DNA from: a virus | Taxonomy: Duplodnaviria; Caudoviricetes | Length of the DNA: 52,032 nt | IMG/VR virus record: IMGVR_UViG_3300044825_000404 | Location: 1 to 52,032 of that record | Strand: one strand, 5' to 3' | Part shown: positions 42,582-52,032 of the stretch, piece after piece | How the letters are laid out: every line of letters begins with the position of its first letter | Position numbering within the stretch: the first letter of the stretch is position 1 | Notes under the pieces: generated by a model | Seen by the model: the letters and a program-made list of their open reading frames with translations, nothing else | Told to the model about the DNA's origin: nothing | Databases searched by the model: none | Made by a program: the position numbers and the translations under genes

Positions 42582-45500
42582 AAAGCAACAAGAAGTTTGC
42601 CGTTACTGGCGGCGGCACATAAATCGGGAACACAGATATGTCTTTTATGTAGACATAGTTCGTTGAACCACCAGAGGAGAAAGCCCAACCAGAGTTGTTG
42701 CCGCCATCAGTGCTGTTCGCGCCTGCATACCAAAATCCGATTGCCCTTGTTAGGGTTGCTCTAAGCCCTGGAACTGAGGTGTATATCCTCACCACATTAC
42801 TAACATTACCAGTATAGGTAAAGTTGTTTATTGTTTGGGTTGTACCGCTAGTAAATACAAGTTGCTGAAATGCGCCGTTTGCTAGGGTGGCAAATGTATT
42901 ACTCCCGCCCACACTCAAAGTGTTTGCGGTTGTGCCATTGTTATTTGTAACCGTCCCAAATGTAAGGCCGCCGCCTAAAAATGATTTATTGCTTGCATTT
43001 GTTAAAGAAATAGATGAAGAAGCGCCAGAAAATGTAAGTCCTGATGAGTTGTCAAAGTTAATTGGCCCTGTGCCCGCACAACTAATGGTGCTAGTGCCAA
43101 AATTTATAGTTCTAGTGTTTGAGTTAGAACTAGTAATTGATGAGCAAGTTACATTGTAGTTTTGAGTGCTATAAGAGCCCCTGGTTATCGTAATGCTTGC
43201 AGCAGATGACAAAAACGCATCACCATGCCTAAAGTCGCAGGAAGGATTATCAATATTTATTGAGTTTCCTCCTTTGGCGGCAGTGGTAAATGTTTGAGTT
43301 GAAGATCCTCTAAAAAAATATGTTCCAGTGTAAAGATTAGTCACGCCAGATCCATAAGTTACATTGCCATGTATGTAACTAACTTGGCTTCCTGACCATG
43401 TGACAACAGTTGTTCGGGCTGAAAAATCTATGGTTCCAATGTTCCAACCGGTGTTTACTGTTATTTGAGTGGCCGCCCCTGCGTCATCAAACACCGCCGT
43501 GTCTTGAGCCAAGGGGAAGTTGTTTGCGGCAGGAGACCCTCCACTGGTAAGGGCCCACCCAGTAGAAGACCAGTTCTGGGTTCCGGTCAAGTTCCAATAG
43601 ACCGTCTTTGGCGCATCAAAACCGATGCCGCTGTTGTTGCCGCAGTCACCTATACGAGTGCCACCAGTCCATGTACCAGTTCCTGCTGCAACGATGTCTT
43701 TGAAATCAATGTCGCTCAAACCGACCACAGTACCTGCCGTGATGGTTCTTTGCACCCCAGGAGGCTCACTTACATAGGTTCTTCTCTGTGTTACAGAACC
43801 ACCCGCACCAAGGTCAAAAGTCCCTGTGACTGTGACATTACCGTACAGCACAGCAAACAAAACACCCGTCGTCGAGGTTTGTGAGGGAACTGTCAACGTG
43901 CCATAGGTTGTGTTCCCATAGAAATTTGGGTTAACCGATGACGATGACATCAATGCACTGCCAAAACTCGCAGTTATTCCACTGAACCCAAGAGTAACGA
44001 ACGATGAAGTAGAAACAATACTTGCGGTGTTGGCGGTGACCGTTAATCCTGAAGAGTTTCCTGACGAACCAACGCCAGTTGTTGCATTGAGAGTGCTAGA
44101 ACCGAATGTGTATGTCCTTGTCGGCGTATACGATACACTGACAGTGGTTATGCTGTTGCAGGTTACGGTGTTGTTGGCAGTGTCAAATGTGCCTTGTTCT
44201 AGGTTGATAGTTCCAAACCCGCAATTCAACGATCCCCCAAGAGTTATTGTTCCTCCTGGAGAGTTAATAGTAACGCCACCTATGTTTCTTCCGCCAGTAT
44301 TCAAAGTCGCCGCACTTCTTGCGAAGAACGACATGGTGCCGCTACCACTAGTAAAAGTGCTAGTTCCGTTGAGAATAAAGTCCCCATACATAATTGTGGG
44401 GTTGTTGATATTAAGAGTTACACCGTTTGTTCTGCTGCTTGTATTGATGGACTTGACATTAAATGCGGCAAGTGTAAGTGTAGTACCACTATTTAAGCCT
44501 GCGTTGTCAATAATTACATCATCTTGAGCAAGAGGAAAATCATTGACAGATGCCGTCCCGCCACTTGTGGTCGTCCAAATGGTCGCCGTCCAACTTGAAC
44601 TAATCGTCCCTGCGGCAATATATTTGTTGACCCCGGCTGAAAATGTGATGCCAGAGTTGCCAAGGGCGTTGCCTAGTCTTGTCCCGCTCCATGGGGCAGA
44701 TGCGCCAGTAACTGCGATGTCCATGAAGTCAACATCAGACAAAGCAGAAACAGCGGCAACATTGAAGGTTCTCGTAGCGCCCGGTTGGTTAGACCTAAGA
44801 AAGTACCTTCTGGTTGGGGACAAGCCAGTAATGGTGAATGTCCCGTTTATGGTTTGATTTCCATAAACATTTATTGTGACTAATCCAGTTCCTGCGCTTA
44901 ATGCGCCTAGGGTGAAATTGTTGTATACGTTGTTCCCGTATATGTTACTAATGATAATCCCGCTGCCGCAAGTGACATTATTAAATGTAACAGTGTTAGA
45001 GCCTTGTGTCCCAAAACTCCCTGCAGATGTAAGAAACTGAATTGTTGATGTTCCGGCATTGAATGAAACAAAATCATTCAACAAGAAATTGCCAAAATTG
45101 CTGACAAAAAATGTAGAAGATCCAAGATTGACTGCTGATGCAACACTTGGTTGGGCAAAAAAACCGCCACAGTTTACTAGGTAACCGTTAGTGTTAAAAG
45201 TTCCTGCAGATAGAGTTAATTGTCCGCATACTAAACTAGAGCCAAGATTAAAAGTTCCTCCAACACAGTTAATGAAAACCTGTCCGGTTGTCAGTTGAGT
45301 TCCGTTTGTGGTGCAAGTTTGGCTTGCTGTAGACTGAAAGTAAACACTTCCAGTGTAAGTCCTTGAAACGCCAGTAGCGGCAAATGTCAAGTCTCCATAA
45401 ATGAACCAAGCGGCACTTCCGGCAATAGTTACTACCCCAGATGTAGGGCCGCTTATATTGCAAGATTTGCAAACAGCGCCAGTTGAAATAGTTACCGTAT

Positions 45501-45660
45501 ATCCAAGTCCACTGCTTGATGCCGAGTCAAAGATGACATCATCTTCCGCGCTAGGGGCGCGAGTTGATAGGATGGTTCTGCCAGGGTTTGTGTACCACCG
45601 GCCAGTAACCGTGAAGCCATCCCAAGCATTGCTTCCGCCGCCCCAGTAGAGAGTAGCCAT
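42574..45660 (-). CDS. Beta-helix receptor-binding/tail fibre protein, AT-rich
   Basis: YWGGGSNAWD start; three similar segments, including PSAEDDVIFD and two FPLAQD copies; marked drop in GC. Confidence 0.7.
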   Translation of the reverse strand: MATLYWGGGSNAWDGFTVTGRWYTNPGRTILSTRAPSAEDDVIFDSASSSGLGYTVTISTGAVCKSCNISGPTSGVVTIAGSAAWFIYGDLTFAATGVSRTYTGSVYFQSTASQTCTTNGTQLTTGQVFINCVGGTFNLGSSLVCGQLTLSAGTFNTNGYLVNCGGFFAQPSVASAVNLGSSTFFVSNFGNFLLNDFVSFNAGTSTIQFLTSAGSFGTQGSNTVTFNNVTCGSGIIISNIYGNNVYNNFTLGALSAGTGLVTINVYGNQTINGTFTITGLSPTRRYFLRSNQPGATRTFNVAAVSALSDVDFMDIAVTGASAPWSGTRLGNALGNSGITFSAGVNKYIAAGTISSSWTATIWTTTSGGTASVNDFPLAQDDVIIDNAGLNSGTTLTLAAFNVKSINTSSRTNGVTLNINNPTIMYGDFILNGTSTFTSGSGTMSFFARSAATLNTGGRNIGGVTINSPGGTITLGGSLNCGFGTINLEQGTFDTANNTVTCNSITTVSVSYTPTRTYTFGSSTLNATTGVGSSGNSSGLTVTANTASIVSTSSFVTLGFSGITASFGSALMSSSSVNPNFYGNTTYGTLTVPSQTSTTGVLFAVLYGNVTVTGTFDLGAGGSVTQRRTYVSEPPGVQRTITAGTVVGLSDIDFKDIVAAGTGTWTGGTRIGDCGNNSGIGFDAPKTVYWNLTGTQNWSSTGWALTSGGSPAANNFPLAQDTAVFDDAGAATQITVNTGWNIGTIDFSARTTVVTWSGSQVSYIHGNVTYGSGVTNLYTGTYFFRGSSTQTFTTAAKGGNSINIDNPSCDFRHGDAFLSSAASITITRGSYSTQNYNVTCSSITSSNSNTRTINFGTSTISCAGTGPINFDNSSGLTFSGASSSISLTNASNKSFLGGGLTFGTVTNNNGTTANTLSVGGSNTFATLANGAFQQLVFTSGTTQTINNFTYTGNVSNVVRIYTSVPGLRATLTRAIGFWYAGANSTDGGNNSGWAFSSGGSTNYVYIKDISVFPIYVPPPVTANFLLLFE

Positions 45661-45661
45661 A

Positions 45662-45874
45662 TCAAACCCTCTGGTACTTCACGCCATCAATTTCAATGAA
45701 CTCTGGCTCAGGCTCAGGCTGCGGAGGGTTGTCCATGTACGCAACCCAGTTGTCCACGCGCTGCTGCATCATGGCTTCGATGTCGGCTTGAGAAAGCGTG
45801 TGGTCATCGGGAAGCGTGATGGCATCCCGGTACATACCATGGCGGGTTTCGCGCTCAAAGTCGATCTTGATCAT
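45662..45874 (-). CDS. Small tail-associated protein
   Basis: IDFERETRHGMYRDAITLPDDH...IEAMMQQRVDNW. Confidence 0.7.
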   Translation of the reverse strand: MIKIDFERETRHGMYRDAITLPDDHTLSQADIEAMMQQRVDNWVAYMDNPPQPEPEPEFIEIDGVKYQRV

Positions 45875-45877
45875 GGA

Positions 45878-48800
45878 TTAAGCCTGTGTAACTACTGCGA
45901 CGACATCCCAACGGGTGTTGGCGGCGTTGTAGATGCAACCCACATAGGTCATCTTGGATGCCGTCGTGGACGTTGGCAGAGTCACACCAATCACCGTGTA
46001 GGTGGCATTCCAAGAGATCGTCTGTGAAGATCCATTGTCCAAGATTCTGATGATCAACTTGGTTCCATCCACAGGCGTTCCGGTTGGTGCTGCAACCGTC
46101 AACCCTACAGCCTGTGCAGTCAAGTTGTACTGATCCGCAACACTTACATCAGGCGTTAAGGTGGCTGTGGATGTCGTTGATGAGACTCGTGGGTCAATGC
46201 GCTTGTTGGTCAGAGTTGCCGTGCCGGTTCCAGTCACGAAGCCTGCGGCAGCGTTGGCGGCGTTGCCCAAAGCGGTCAGGACGCCTGTTCCTGTCGTCGT
46301 GGTGGACGGAGCGCCACCTGCACCACCACCGATAACCAGGGCACTTGCGGTCAGCGCGGCTGACGAGGCAAGAGTGCCGGTGGCGGAGTAATACAGCACC
46401 CCGCCAGAGGTTCCAGATGTGAGTCCCGTGCCGCCGTTGGCTACCGGCAAAGTGCCTGAGACATGGGTCGTCAGGCCAATCTTGCCGTACGAAGGCGCAA
46501 CCCCCACGCCGCCAGAGATCAGCGCATTGCCTGTTGCAACATCGGCCAACCTAGAAAGGGCAGTCGTAGTGGAGGCAAAAAGAAGGTCGCCCACCGCATA
46601 GGAAGACTGCCCTGTACCGCCGTTGGTCGCAGCAAGAGTGCCTGTAACTGCCGTGCCAAGAGGAATACTTGTCAGCCCTGCACCAGACCCAGAGAACTGG
46701 GTGGTGGCCGTTACTGTCGTGCCGCGCACTGTAGAGGCCGTCGAAGCGCCTACCGATGTGCCTTCAATCGTCCCGCCCGTAATCGCCACACTGTTGGCGT
46801 TCTGGGTAGACATGGTGCCCAGGCCGGTGATGTCCGTGTTGGGGATCGTAGAAGAGGCCGTGAAGGCGCTCGTGCCGTTGCCCTTGACATAGCCAGTCAG
46901 GGTGGCGGCTCCAGTGCCTCCGTTGGCCACATTCAGCGTACCGGCAAGGGTAATGGTGCCGCTTGTGGTGATCGGGCCGCCAGAAGTAGTTAGGCCGGTA
47001 GTCCCGCCAGAGACATCTACAGAAGTAACGGTGCCGCCCGCGGATGCGGTTGCCGAGATGGTGATCCCGCCTGCGCTGTTGGTGATGAAGACGTTGGTTC
47101 CGGCCGTCAGTGTGGCTAGGGTGTAGCCAGTACCGTTACCGATGGGCAGTTGACCATTGGTAGGCGTGGAAGTCAGCCCTGTACCGCCGTAGGCAACCGA
47201 AATTGGGTTGGCGTTCCAAGTCCCTGCCGTCAGGGTTCCAACACCCGTGATACCCGTGTAGGAACCGCTCAAACGGCCAGTTCCTAGGGTTCCTGAGGTG
47301 ATGTTGGAGGCGTTGGTGGTGTCGGTCGTTGCTGAGGCTGCAAGACCTGATACAGCGCCCGCAGAGATGGCGATAGGGGTATCGGTGACCGAAGTCACCC
47401 GACCATAGGTGTCCACGGCGAACACCGGAACCTGGGAAGCAGAGCCGTAGGTAGCCGCAGTCACACCGGAGGTGGCCAAGGCGATCGTGATCGGCGCAGA
47501 GCCGTCGTAACTTGTGCCCGTCAGTCCGGCGCCGATTGTCAGCGCGTTGGGGTTGGCCGCCGTAATGGTTCCGGATCCACCCAAGGAGATTGCCGTGCCG
47601 TTGACCGTGACCGAACTGTTTTGCAGTTGAGCGTTGGTGATCGACCCAGAGGTGATCTGGTTGGCGTTGATCGCAATCGGGGTGTTGCTTGCACTGGTGA
47701 CCTGACCTTGAGCGTTGATCGCCAGGGTCGGAACCGAAGAAGCAGTGCCGTAAGTAGAAGCACTTACACCCGTGTTGGTGATGCTGAACTGGGTGCCGGA
47801 CAGGGTCAGGCCGGTGCCTGCGCTGTAGATCTGGGCCGACGATATTTGGGCGAATGTGATGTTCGTCGTGCCGAAGGTGATCACGCCGGATGTGTTGCAG
47901 GTGTAGGTCTCACCCGCTCCCGTCGCGCCTTCCTGAACGAAAACAGTAGAGCCTTCGCTCAAGCCATTCGCGCTGTTGATGACGTAGGTGTTCGCGTCAG
48001 ACGCTCGGGTCAAGACCCAATTTGTCGAGCCAGAACCTACGTTTGAGACTACATAGATGCCGTTTTGCGTCTGGTTGGTCTGCTGATAAACCAACACACG
48101 GTCATTAACAGCAACTGTCACGCCATCAATCGACAGCGCAACTTGAGTCCCGGCGTTGGTCAGCGTAGCACCCACACCGGCAACGCCGTTGTTGTATGTG
48201 GCATTCAGGTTGATCGGAGACTCAACGCGAACAGGTTGGTGGAAGTGAATACCACTCGCCACAAGGCCGTCAACGTAAGACTTGTTGGTAATGTCCGTCG
48301 CGTTGACTGGCGTGGTGCTGATCGTGCCGGTGGTGGTGGCAATCGAGGAGAACGTGCCTGCCGCGGGGGTTGACGCGCCTATCGTTGTGCCGTTGATCGT
48401 TCCGCCGGTGATGGCCACAGAACTAGCGTTCTGCGTGGACATCGTCCCAAGCCCAGACACCTGCGTGTTCGCTATGGCGATCGGGGACTCAGACAAGGCC
48501 GTGAGTTGCCCCTGAGCATTGACCGTGGCCGACAGAGTCTTGGTTGCATCTCCGTAGGATCCCGCCGACACGCCTGTGTTCGAGATGGCCACAGTAACCG
48601 GCGTTGAGCCGTTGTAACTCGTACCGCTAAGGCCCGTGCCGATGGTCAGAGGATTGGCCGCAGTAGCCGTAATGGTTCCGCTACCACCTAGGGAGATCGT
48701 GGTTCCGTTGACCGTCAGCGAACTGTTGGCCAACTGGGCATTGCTGACTGTTCCGCTCAGGTCGGATGTCGGGACAGTAGAAGACGCCGTGAATGCGGAA

Positions 48801-49666
48801 GTGCCGCTGCCCTTCACATACCCGGTGAGGCTATTTGCTCCCGTGCCGCCACTTGCAACATTGAGCGTACCGGCCAGAACAACAGCGCCGCCAGTCGGGG
48901 ATGCCGGAGTAAAACCAGTAGAACCCGCAGAGAAAGTGGTTACGCCACCGGCAAGGCTGAACTGCTCCCAAGTGCTGCCAGTCCACGCCTCGTATGCGTT
49001 CAGGTCAGTGTTGAAGCGGAACTTGCCAAAAGCGCCTGTTGGCCTTTGCCCCGTGGTTCCAACGGGCACCTTGACCGCGCCGGTGCCGGGGAGCGTCGGG
49101 TTGTCGGCGATGCCGATAACAGGGTCACCCAACTGGCCATTGCCGTCCGCAACGTCAATCTCGTTGACCGTGCCAGTAATTGACAAGGCCGCAATCGTGC
49201 CGCCTGGACGCAGCGCCAAGACTCCGGTGCTCGGAAATGCCGCAAGGGAGCCAACAGCACCAGTCAGGGAGAAGATCGGGTTCGCGCCCGTGCCATCTGC
49301 GTTGGCGATGTTCAGACCAGGGCCAGAAGTCGTCAGAGTCCTTGAGGCAACCGTGCTTGCGGAATCCTTGACGATGAAGCCGCCCGACGCCGAATTCAGG
49401 CTGTCAGCCGCCCCAGTCATGTTCACCCGCAGGAATGACTGAGCGCCACCGTCCGTCAGTTGCAGGCCAGTGCCTACCGAAAGGTATCGGCTGTTATTGA
49501 GCGTGGTCTCTTGCGACTGGGTGACAAAGGTCTGATTCTGAGTCGGACTGTTGGCAATCGCCGCAGTCGTCGTCTTGTAAGTCCCGCCGTTTTGAACGAT
49601 CGGAACAAGTTCAGTGCCCGTTATTGGCCCCGCATTCGGGAGTTGGGTGATGGTTTGATTAGCCAT
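45878..49666 (-). CDS. Long tail fibre protein
   Basis: Repeated GTLNVANGGTG, GLGTMSTQNA and VNAQGQ fibre motifs; C-terminal WDVVAV domain. Confidence 0.85.
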   Translation of the reverse strand: MANQTITQLPNAGPITGTELVPIVQNGGTYKTTTAAIANSPTQNQTFVTQSQETTLNNSRYLSVGTGLQLTDGGAQSFLRVNMTGAADSLNSASGGFIVKDSASTVASRTLTTSGPGLNIANADGTGANPIFSLTGAVGSLAAFPSTGVLALRPGGTIAALSITGTVNEIDVADGNGQLGDPVIGIADNPTLPGTGAVKVPVGTTGQRPTGAFGKFRFNTDLNAYEAWTGSTWEQFSLAGGVTTFSAGSTGFTPASPTGGAVVLAGTLNVASGGTGANSLTGYVKGSGTSAFTASSTVPTSDLSGTVSNAQLANSSLTVNGTTISLGGSGTITATAANPLTIGTGLSGTSYNGSTPVTVAISNTGVSAGSYGDATKTLSATVNAQGQLTALSESPIAIANTQVSGLGTMSTQNASSVAITGGTINGTTIGASTPAAGTFSSIATTTGTISTTPVNATDITNKSYVDGLVASGIHFHQPVRVESPINLNATYNNGVAGVGATLTNAGTQVALSIDGVTVAVNDRVLVYQQTNQTQNGIYVVSNVGSGSTNWVLTRASDANTYVINSANGLSEGSTVFVQEGATGAGETYTCNTSGVITFGTTNITFAQISSAQIYSAGTGLTLSGTQFSITNTGVSASTYGTASSVPTLAINAQGQVTSASNTPIAINANQITSGSITNAQLQNSSVTVNGTAISLGGSGTITAANPNALTIGAGLTGTSYDGSAPITIALATSGVTAATYGSASQVPVFAVDTYGRVTSVTDTPIAISAGAVSGLAASATTDTTNASNITSGTLGTGRLSGSYTGITGVGTLTAGTWNANPISVAYGGTGLTSTPTNGQLPIGNGTGYTLATLTAGTNVFITNSAGGITISATASAGGTVTSVDVSGGTTGLTTSGGPITTSGTITLAGTLNVANGGTGAATLTGYVKGNGTSAFTASSTIPNTDITGLGTMSTQNANSVAITGGTIEGTSVGASTASTVRGTTVTATTQFSGSGAGLTSIPLGTAVTGTLAATNGGTGQSSYAVGDLLFASTTTALSRLADVATGNALISGGVGVAPSYGKIGLTTHVSGTLPVANGGTGLTSGTSGGVLYYSATGTLASSAALTASALVIGGGAGGAPSTTTTGTGVLTALGNAANAAAGFVTGTGTATLTNKRIDPRVSSTTSTATLTPDVSVADQYNLTAQAVGLTVAAPTGTPVDGTKLIIRILDNGSSQTISWNATYTVIGVTLPTSTTASKMTYVGCIYNAANTRWDVVAVVTQA

Positions 49667-50006
49667 TAGGTGTCACCGAAATTCCGTCAAGGTTGCCGTT
49701 GTTCTCGGGCGTGTCCGTGTTGCCCTCGGTCGAGATGATGTAGTCGCCATCATTGTCCGTTACGAGGTTGTTGGGGTCTAGTGCTACAGACACATCCGGC
49801 CGCGGGAAACGCAGGTTGATACGCTCGGTCTTCCGGGCGGGAAGCCGGTAGGGGTCTTTCTCGTCCGCACAGCCCTGCTGACACACCTTCAGACCAGGGA
49901 AGTTGTGGTCCGACATCTGCTCGTCCATGGGACGCTTCATCTTGCAGCGGTCGCAGATGAAGATCGCCAGTGAGGCATTGCCGAAGGTGTCGAGAAAGAC
50001 CGGCAT
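49659..50006 (-). CDS. Small Cys-containing virion-module protein
   Basis: ICDRCK...GLKVCQQGCADEKDPY...RFPRPD. Confidence 0.75.
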   Translation of the reverse strand: MPVFLDTFGNASLAIFICDRCKMKRPMDEQMSDHNFPGLKVCQQGCADEKDPYRLPARKTERINLRFPRPDVSVALDPNNLVTDNDGDYIISTEGNTDTPENNGNLDGISVTPNG

Positions 50007-50008
50007 AT

Positions 50009-51079
50009 TTACTTCGTGTACACGCTGATGTTCGGCGCGAAGTAGATAGGAGACTTGTCGCGCTCTTCCGCCTCAGCCAGGGCCAGATACTTCTCGGCCT
50101 GCTGCTCAAGGTAAGTAACCCGGTTGATGTCCACTGCGGGCAGTTCCAGAGACATCTGGTGAGCAAGCATACTGACCACAGCCATGTACCACCTCTGAGG
50201 GATCTGCAACTCGTCCGTCAGATCGCCCACATCCATGATCTGCTTGGAGTACCAGACCGTCATCTGCACAAAGGGGTCCGAGGGTACTGGCCACAGGTAG
50301 ATCTGCGGGTCAGGAACCGTGCGGTTGAACCAGAACTGGTATGGCTGATTGGCCGTAAAGTTTTTGTTCGGCAGGTTCGTGTAGTCGTCCCGGTTCAGGC
50401 GCGACATCGTGACCTCTTGGCTCATGTTGCCAACCCAGAACTCACGCAGAGCCAGGGTTGTGCCGCTGTAAGCCCGGACACGGTAATACTGGACGCTCTG
50501 GCCAGGATTGATGTCCGTCCAGATCCACTCGTTGTCTCGCACCGCTACAGCGCCCAGATCCTCCAAAGTAGACCAGGAAAGGCCGTCAGTGCTGTATTCC
50601 AGGGTCAGATTCCATGTGGCCGACCCGCCGCCTGCGATGTAGGGGAGCAATCCGATCGATCCGGCGTAGATTGGGTTGTCCGTGCCGAAGTTGATCGAGA
50701 TGTTGCCGTTGGCGGAGGTCTGTTGGCAGTAGGTAGAGGTGTTGGAGTCGCCCACCAGGGCCACATTTCCGCCCGCAGAGGTCGTATACGACCCATTTGG
50801 GCGCTGCATCGTGCGATACAGGGCGTTGAGGACATCATTTGCACCCGTTGGGAGGGTGTAGATGTAGTTTTCAGGGGTCAGACCGAAGACTTTCTTCTCA
50901 ATGGCCCAGTATTGGATGCCAATGTTGATCAGATTCGTCAAAACGAAGCCAAGAGACTCCCGAGCACTCAAAATTTGCTCAGAAGTCAGTTCTTCGGCCA
51001 GTTTTCCGCACCTTCTGGCCCCGTGATCAATCAAAGTTTGGACGTTATAGACCTGTCCATAGGCGTCAGAATAGGCCAT
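50009..51079 (-). CDS. Head-tail connector-like protein with an inserted beta-sandwich domain
   Basis: SRLNRDDYTNLPNK...PYQFWFNR...IYLWPVP...IPQRWY...AEAEERD. Confidence 0.7.
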   Translation of the reverse strand: MAYSDAYGQVYNVQTLIDHGARRCGKLAEELTSEQILSARESLGFVLTNLINIGIQYWAIEKKVFGLTPENYIYTLPTGANDVLNALYRTMQRPNGSYTTSAGGNVALVGDSNTSTYCQQTSANGNISINFGTDNPIYAGSIGLLPYIAGGGSATWNLTLEYSTDGLSWSTLEDLGAVAVRDNEWIWTDINPGQSVQYYRVRAYSGTTLALREFWVGNMSQEVTMSRLNRDDYTNLPNKNFTANQPYQFWFNRTVPDPQIYLWPVPSDPFVQMTVWYSKQIMDVGDLTDELQIPQRWYMAVVSMLAHQMSLELPAVDINRVTYLEQQAEKYLALAEAEERDKSPIYFAPNISVYTK

Positions 51080-51089
51080 TGGGTCTCCT

Positions 51090-51470
51090 TCAGAAGCCTG
51101 AGCACTTCCAACGCTTCATAGAAGCCCTGGCGCGGCTTCCAGGCTCACTTTTTTCGGCAATCGGGCGCATCCGGGCGCAGAAAGAGTCCTTTCGAGCCCC
51201 TCCTTGAGGCTGCGGAGCCTTCAAATTCGACCCGGTTTCGCGGTTGTACTTCTCCCTACCCTTTTGGGTAAGGCCCGCACCCTTGGAAACAGGCAGTTTT
51301 TCGCCCCGGCCGACGGCCAAAGAGACATTCCCGCCGTCTTTTTTGCCCTGAGCGCGACGCTGAACATCGTAGGCGATGGCCACGGCCTGCTTTTGAGGCT
51401 TGCCCGCAGCAATTTCCGTCTTGATGTTCTGCTTGAATGCCCTCTCAGACTTGCCTTTGATGAGCGGCAT
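51090..51470 (-). CDS. Basic two-module protein
   Basis: MPLIKGKS...QKQAVAIAY, then KKDGG, then GAGLTQKGREKYNRETGSNLKAP...SFCARM...RWKC. Confidence 0.75.
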   Translation of the reverse strand: MPLIKGKSERAFKQNIKTEIAAGKPQKQAVAIAYDVQRRAQGKKDGGNVSLAVGRGEKLPVSKGAGLTQKGREKYNRETGSNLKAPQPQGGARKDSFCARMRPIAEKSEPGSRARASMKRWKCSGF

Positions 51471-51472
51471 GA

Positions 51473-52032
51473 TCAGGCCACCTGAATCATAGAAGCGATG
51501 ATGGCCGGAATCGCAGGGTAAACAGGCGAAACACTGGCCGGGAGGTGCTCAATCGACACAGACGTAGCGGTTGGAACCCACACAACTTGGACGTAGTCCG
51601 CCGCGTTGAGATCTAACAAAAATGTCAGCGCCGCCACGTTGTAGCCAAAGATGCTTGCGCTCTTGCGGGCCACAACCGTGTACTGCGTAGCGGAGTTCGC
51701 CAGATCTAAGCCGTTAATGCGAAGCCAGACCGTTGCGTCTTCCTGCGCGTTGCTCGTGTTCTTGAACTGGATGCTGAACTGCAGGTTGTACTTGCCCGCT
51801 GCCGGAACCGTGATCTTGCTGTTGTCCACAAGCGTCACGCCGTCGGCCACATCCACTGTGTTGAATGTAATGACCGTTCCCGCGCTCACATTGCCAGTCT
51901 GGTCAGTGCTGTCGCTGAAACCACCATACGCTGCGCCAAAAGCCCGCATGGTGGCCAGAGTTGCCTTGACGTTGGCCCCGCTCTGAACCAAGGGAACCAG
52001 TTCTGCGCCTGTCAGCGTCGCGGCTGACGGCA
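51473..52032 (-). CDS. Virion decoration/fibre-like protein (5' end outside the window)
   Basis: The frame stays open to the window edge (PSAATLTGAELVPLVQSG), similar to the N-terminus of 45878..49666; C1q/TNF-like beta C-terminus (GKYNLQFSIQ). Confidence 0.7.
   Translation of the reverse strand, partial: PSAATLTGAELVPLVQSGANVKATLATMRAFGAAYGGFSDSTDQTGNVSAGTVITFNTVDVADGVTLVDNSKITVPAAGKYNLQFSIQFKNTSNAQEDATVWLRINGLDLANSATQYTVVARKSASIFGYNVAALTFLLDLNAADYVQVVWVPTATSVSIEHLPASVSPVYPAIPAIIASMIQVA

Noticed and set aside
41181-49666. Diversity-generating retroelement acting on tail fibres
   Set aside because: No reverse transcriptase and no adenine-specific TR/VR pair seen; the repeats are ordinary fibre motifs.

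Overview
This window is most of a tailed dsDNA phage genome with P22/podovirus-like virion organisation, about 60% GC by eye. It resembles uncultured freshwater proteobacterial phages; that is a recollection, not a search result. Left to right it contains: a truncated portal, a 1340-aa polyvalent protein, TerL and TerS, a minus-strand early/accessory block, a Cro-like gene with a divergent plus-strand SSB/exonuclease block, and a long minus-strand virion and lysis module. That module holds ejection proteins, a 3002-aa giant, a nozzle, adaptors, a lysozyme, holins and tail fibres. No capsid, scaffold, integrase or CI gene is visible. The main finding is at 9837-11455: five hairpin-delimited non-coding units lie directly upstream of a lone Cas7/RAMP-like gene and a coupled partner gene. 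Each unit is a run of 12-14 pentamers made of a conserved G(C/A)A triplet plus a variable dinucleotide. Reading only the dinucleotides as codon positions 1-2, with the wobble base skipped, gives recognisable motifs of foreign mobile-element genes: VFIGTTN(K/N)(D/E)(D/E)FL (VirE/VapE helicase), VDILIVYKIDRLT (serine recombinase) and LDPD(M/I)(H/Q)YD(D/E)WLA (PriCT-2-like primase domain). This points to an RNA-guided anti-competitor system with a gapped code. Other observations are a fully nested domain insertion in the nozzle, an intronless-homing HNH with a duplicated host-gene C-terminus, KxGG module-junction motifs, and several structured RNA candidates.
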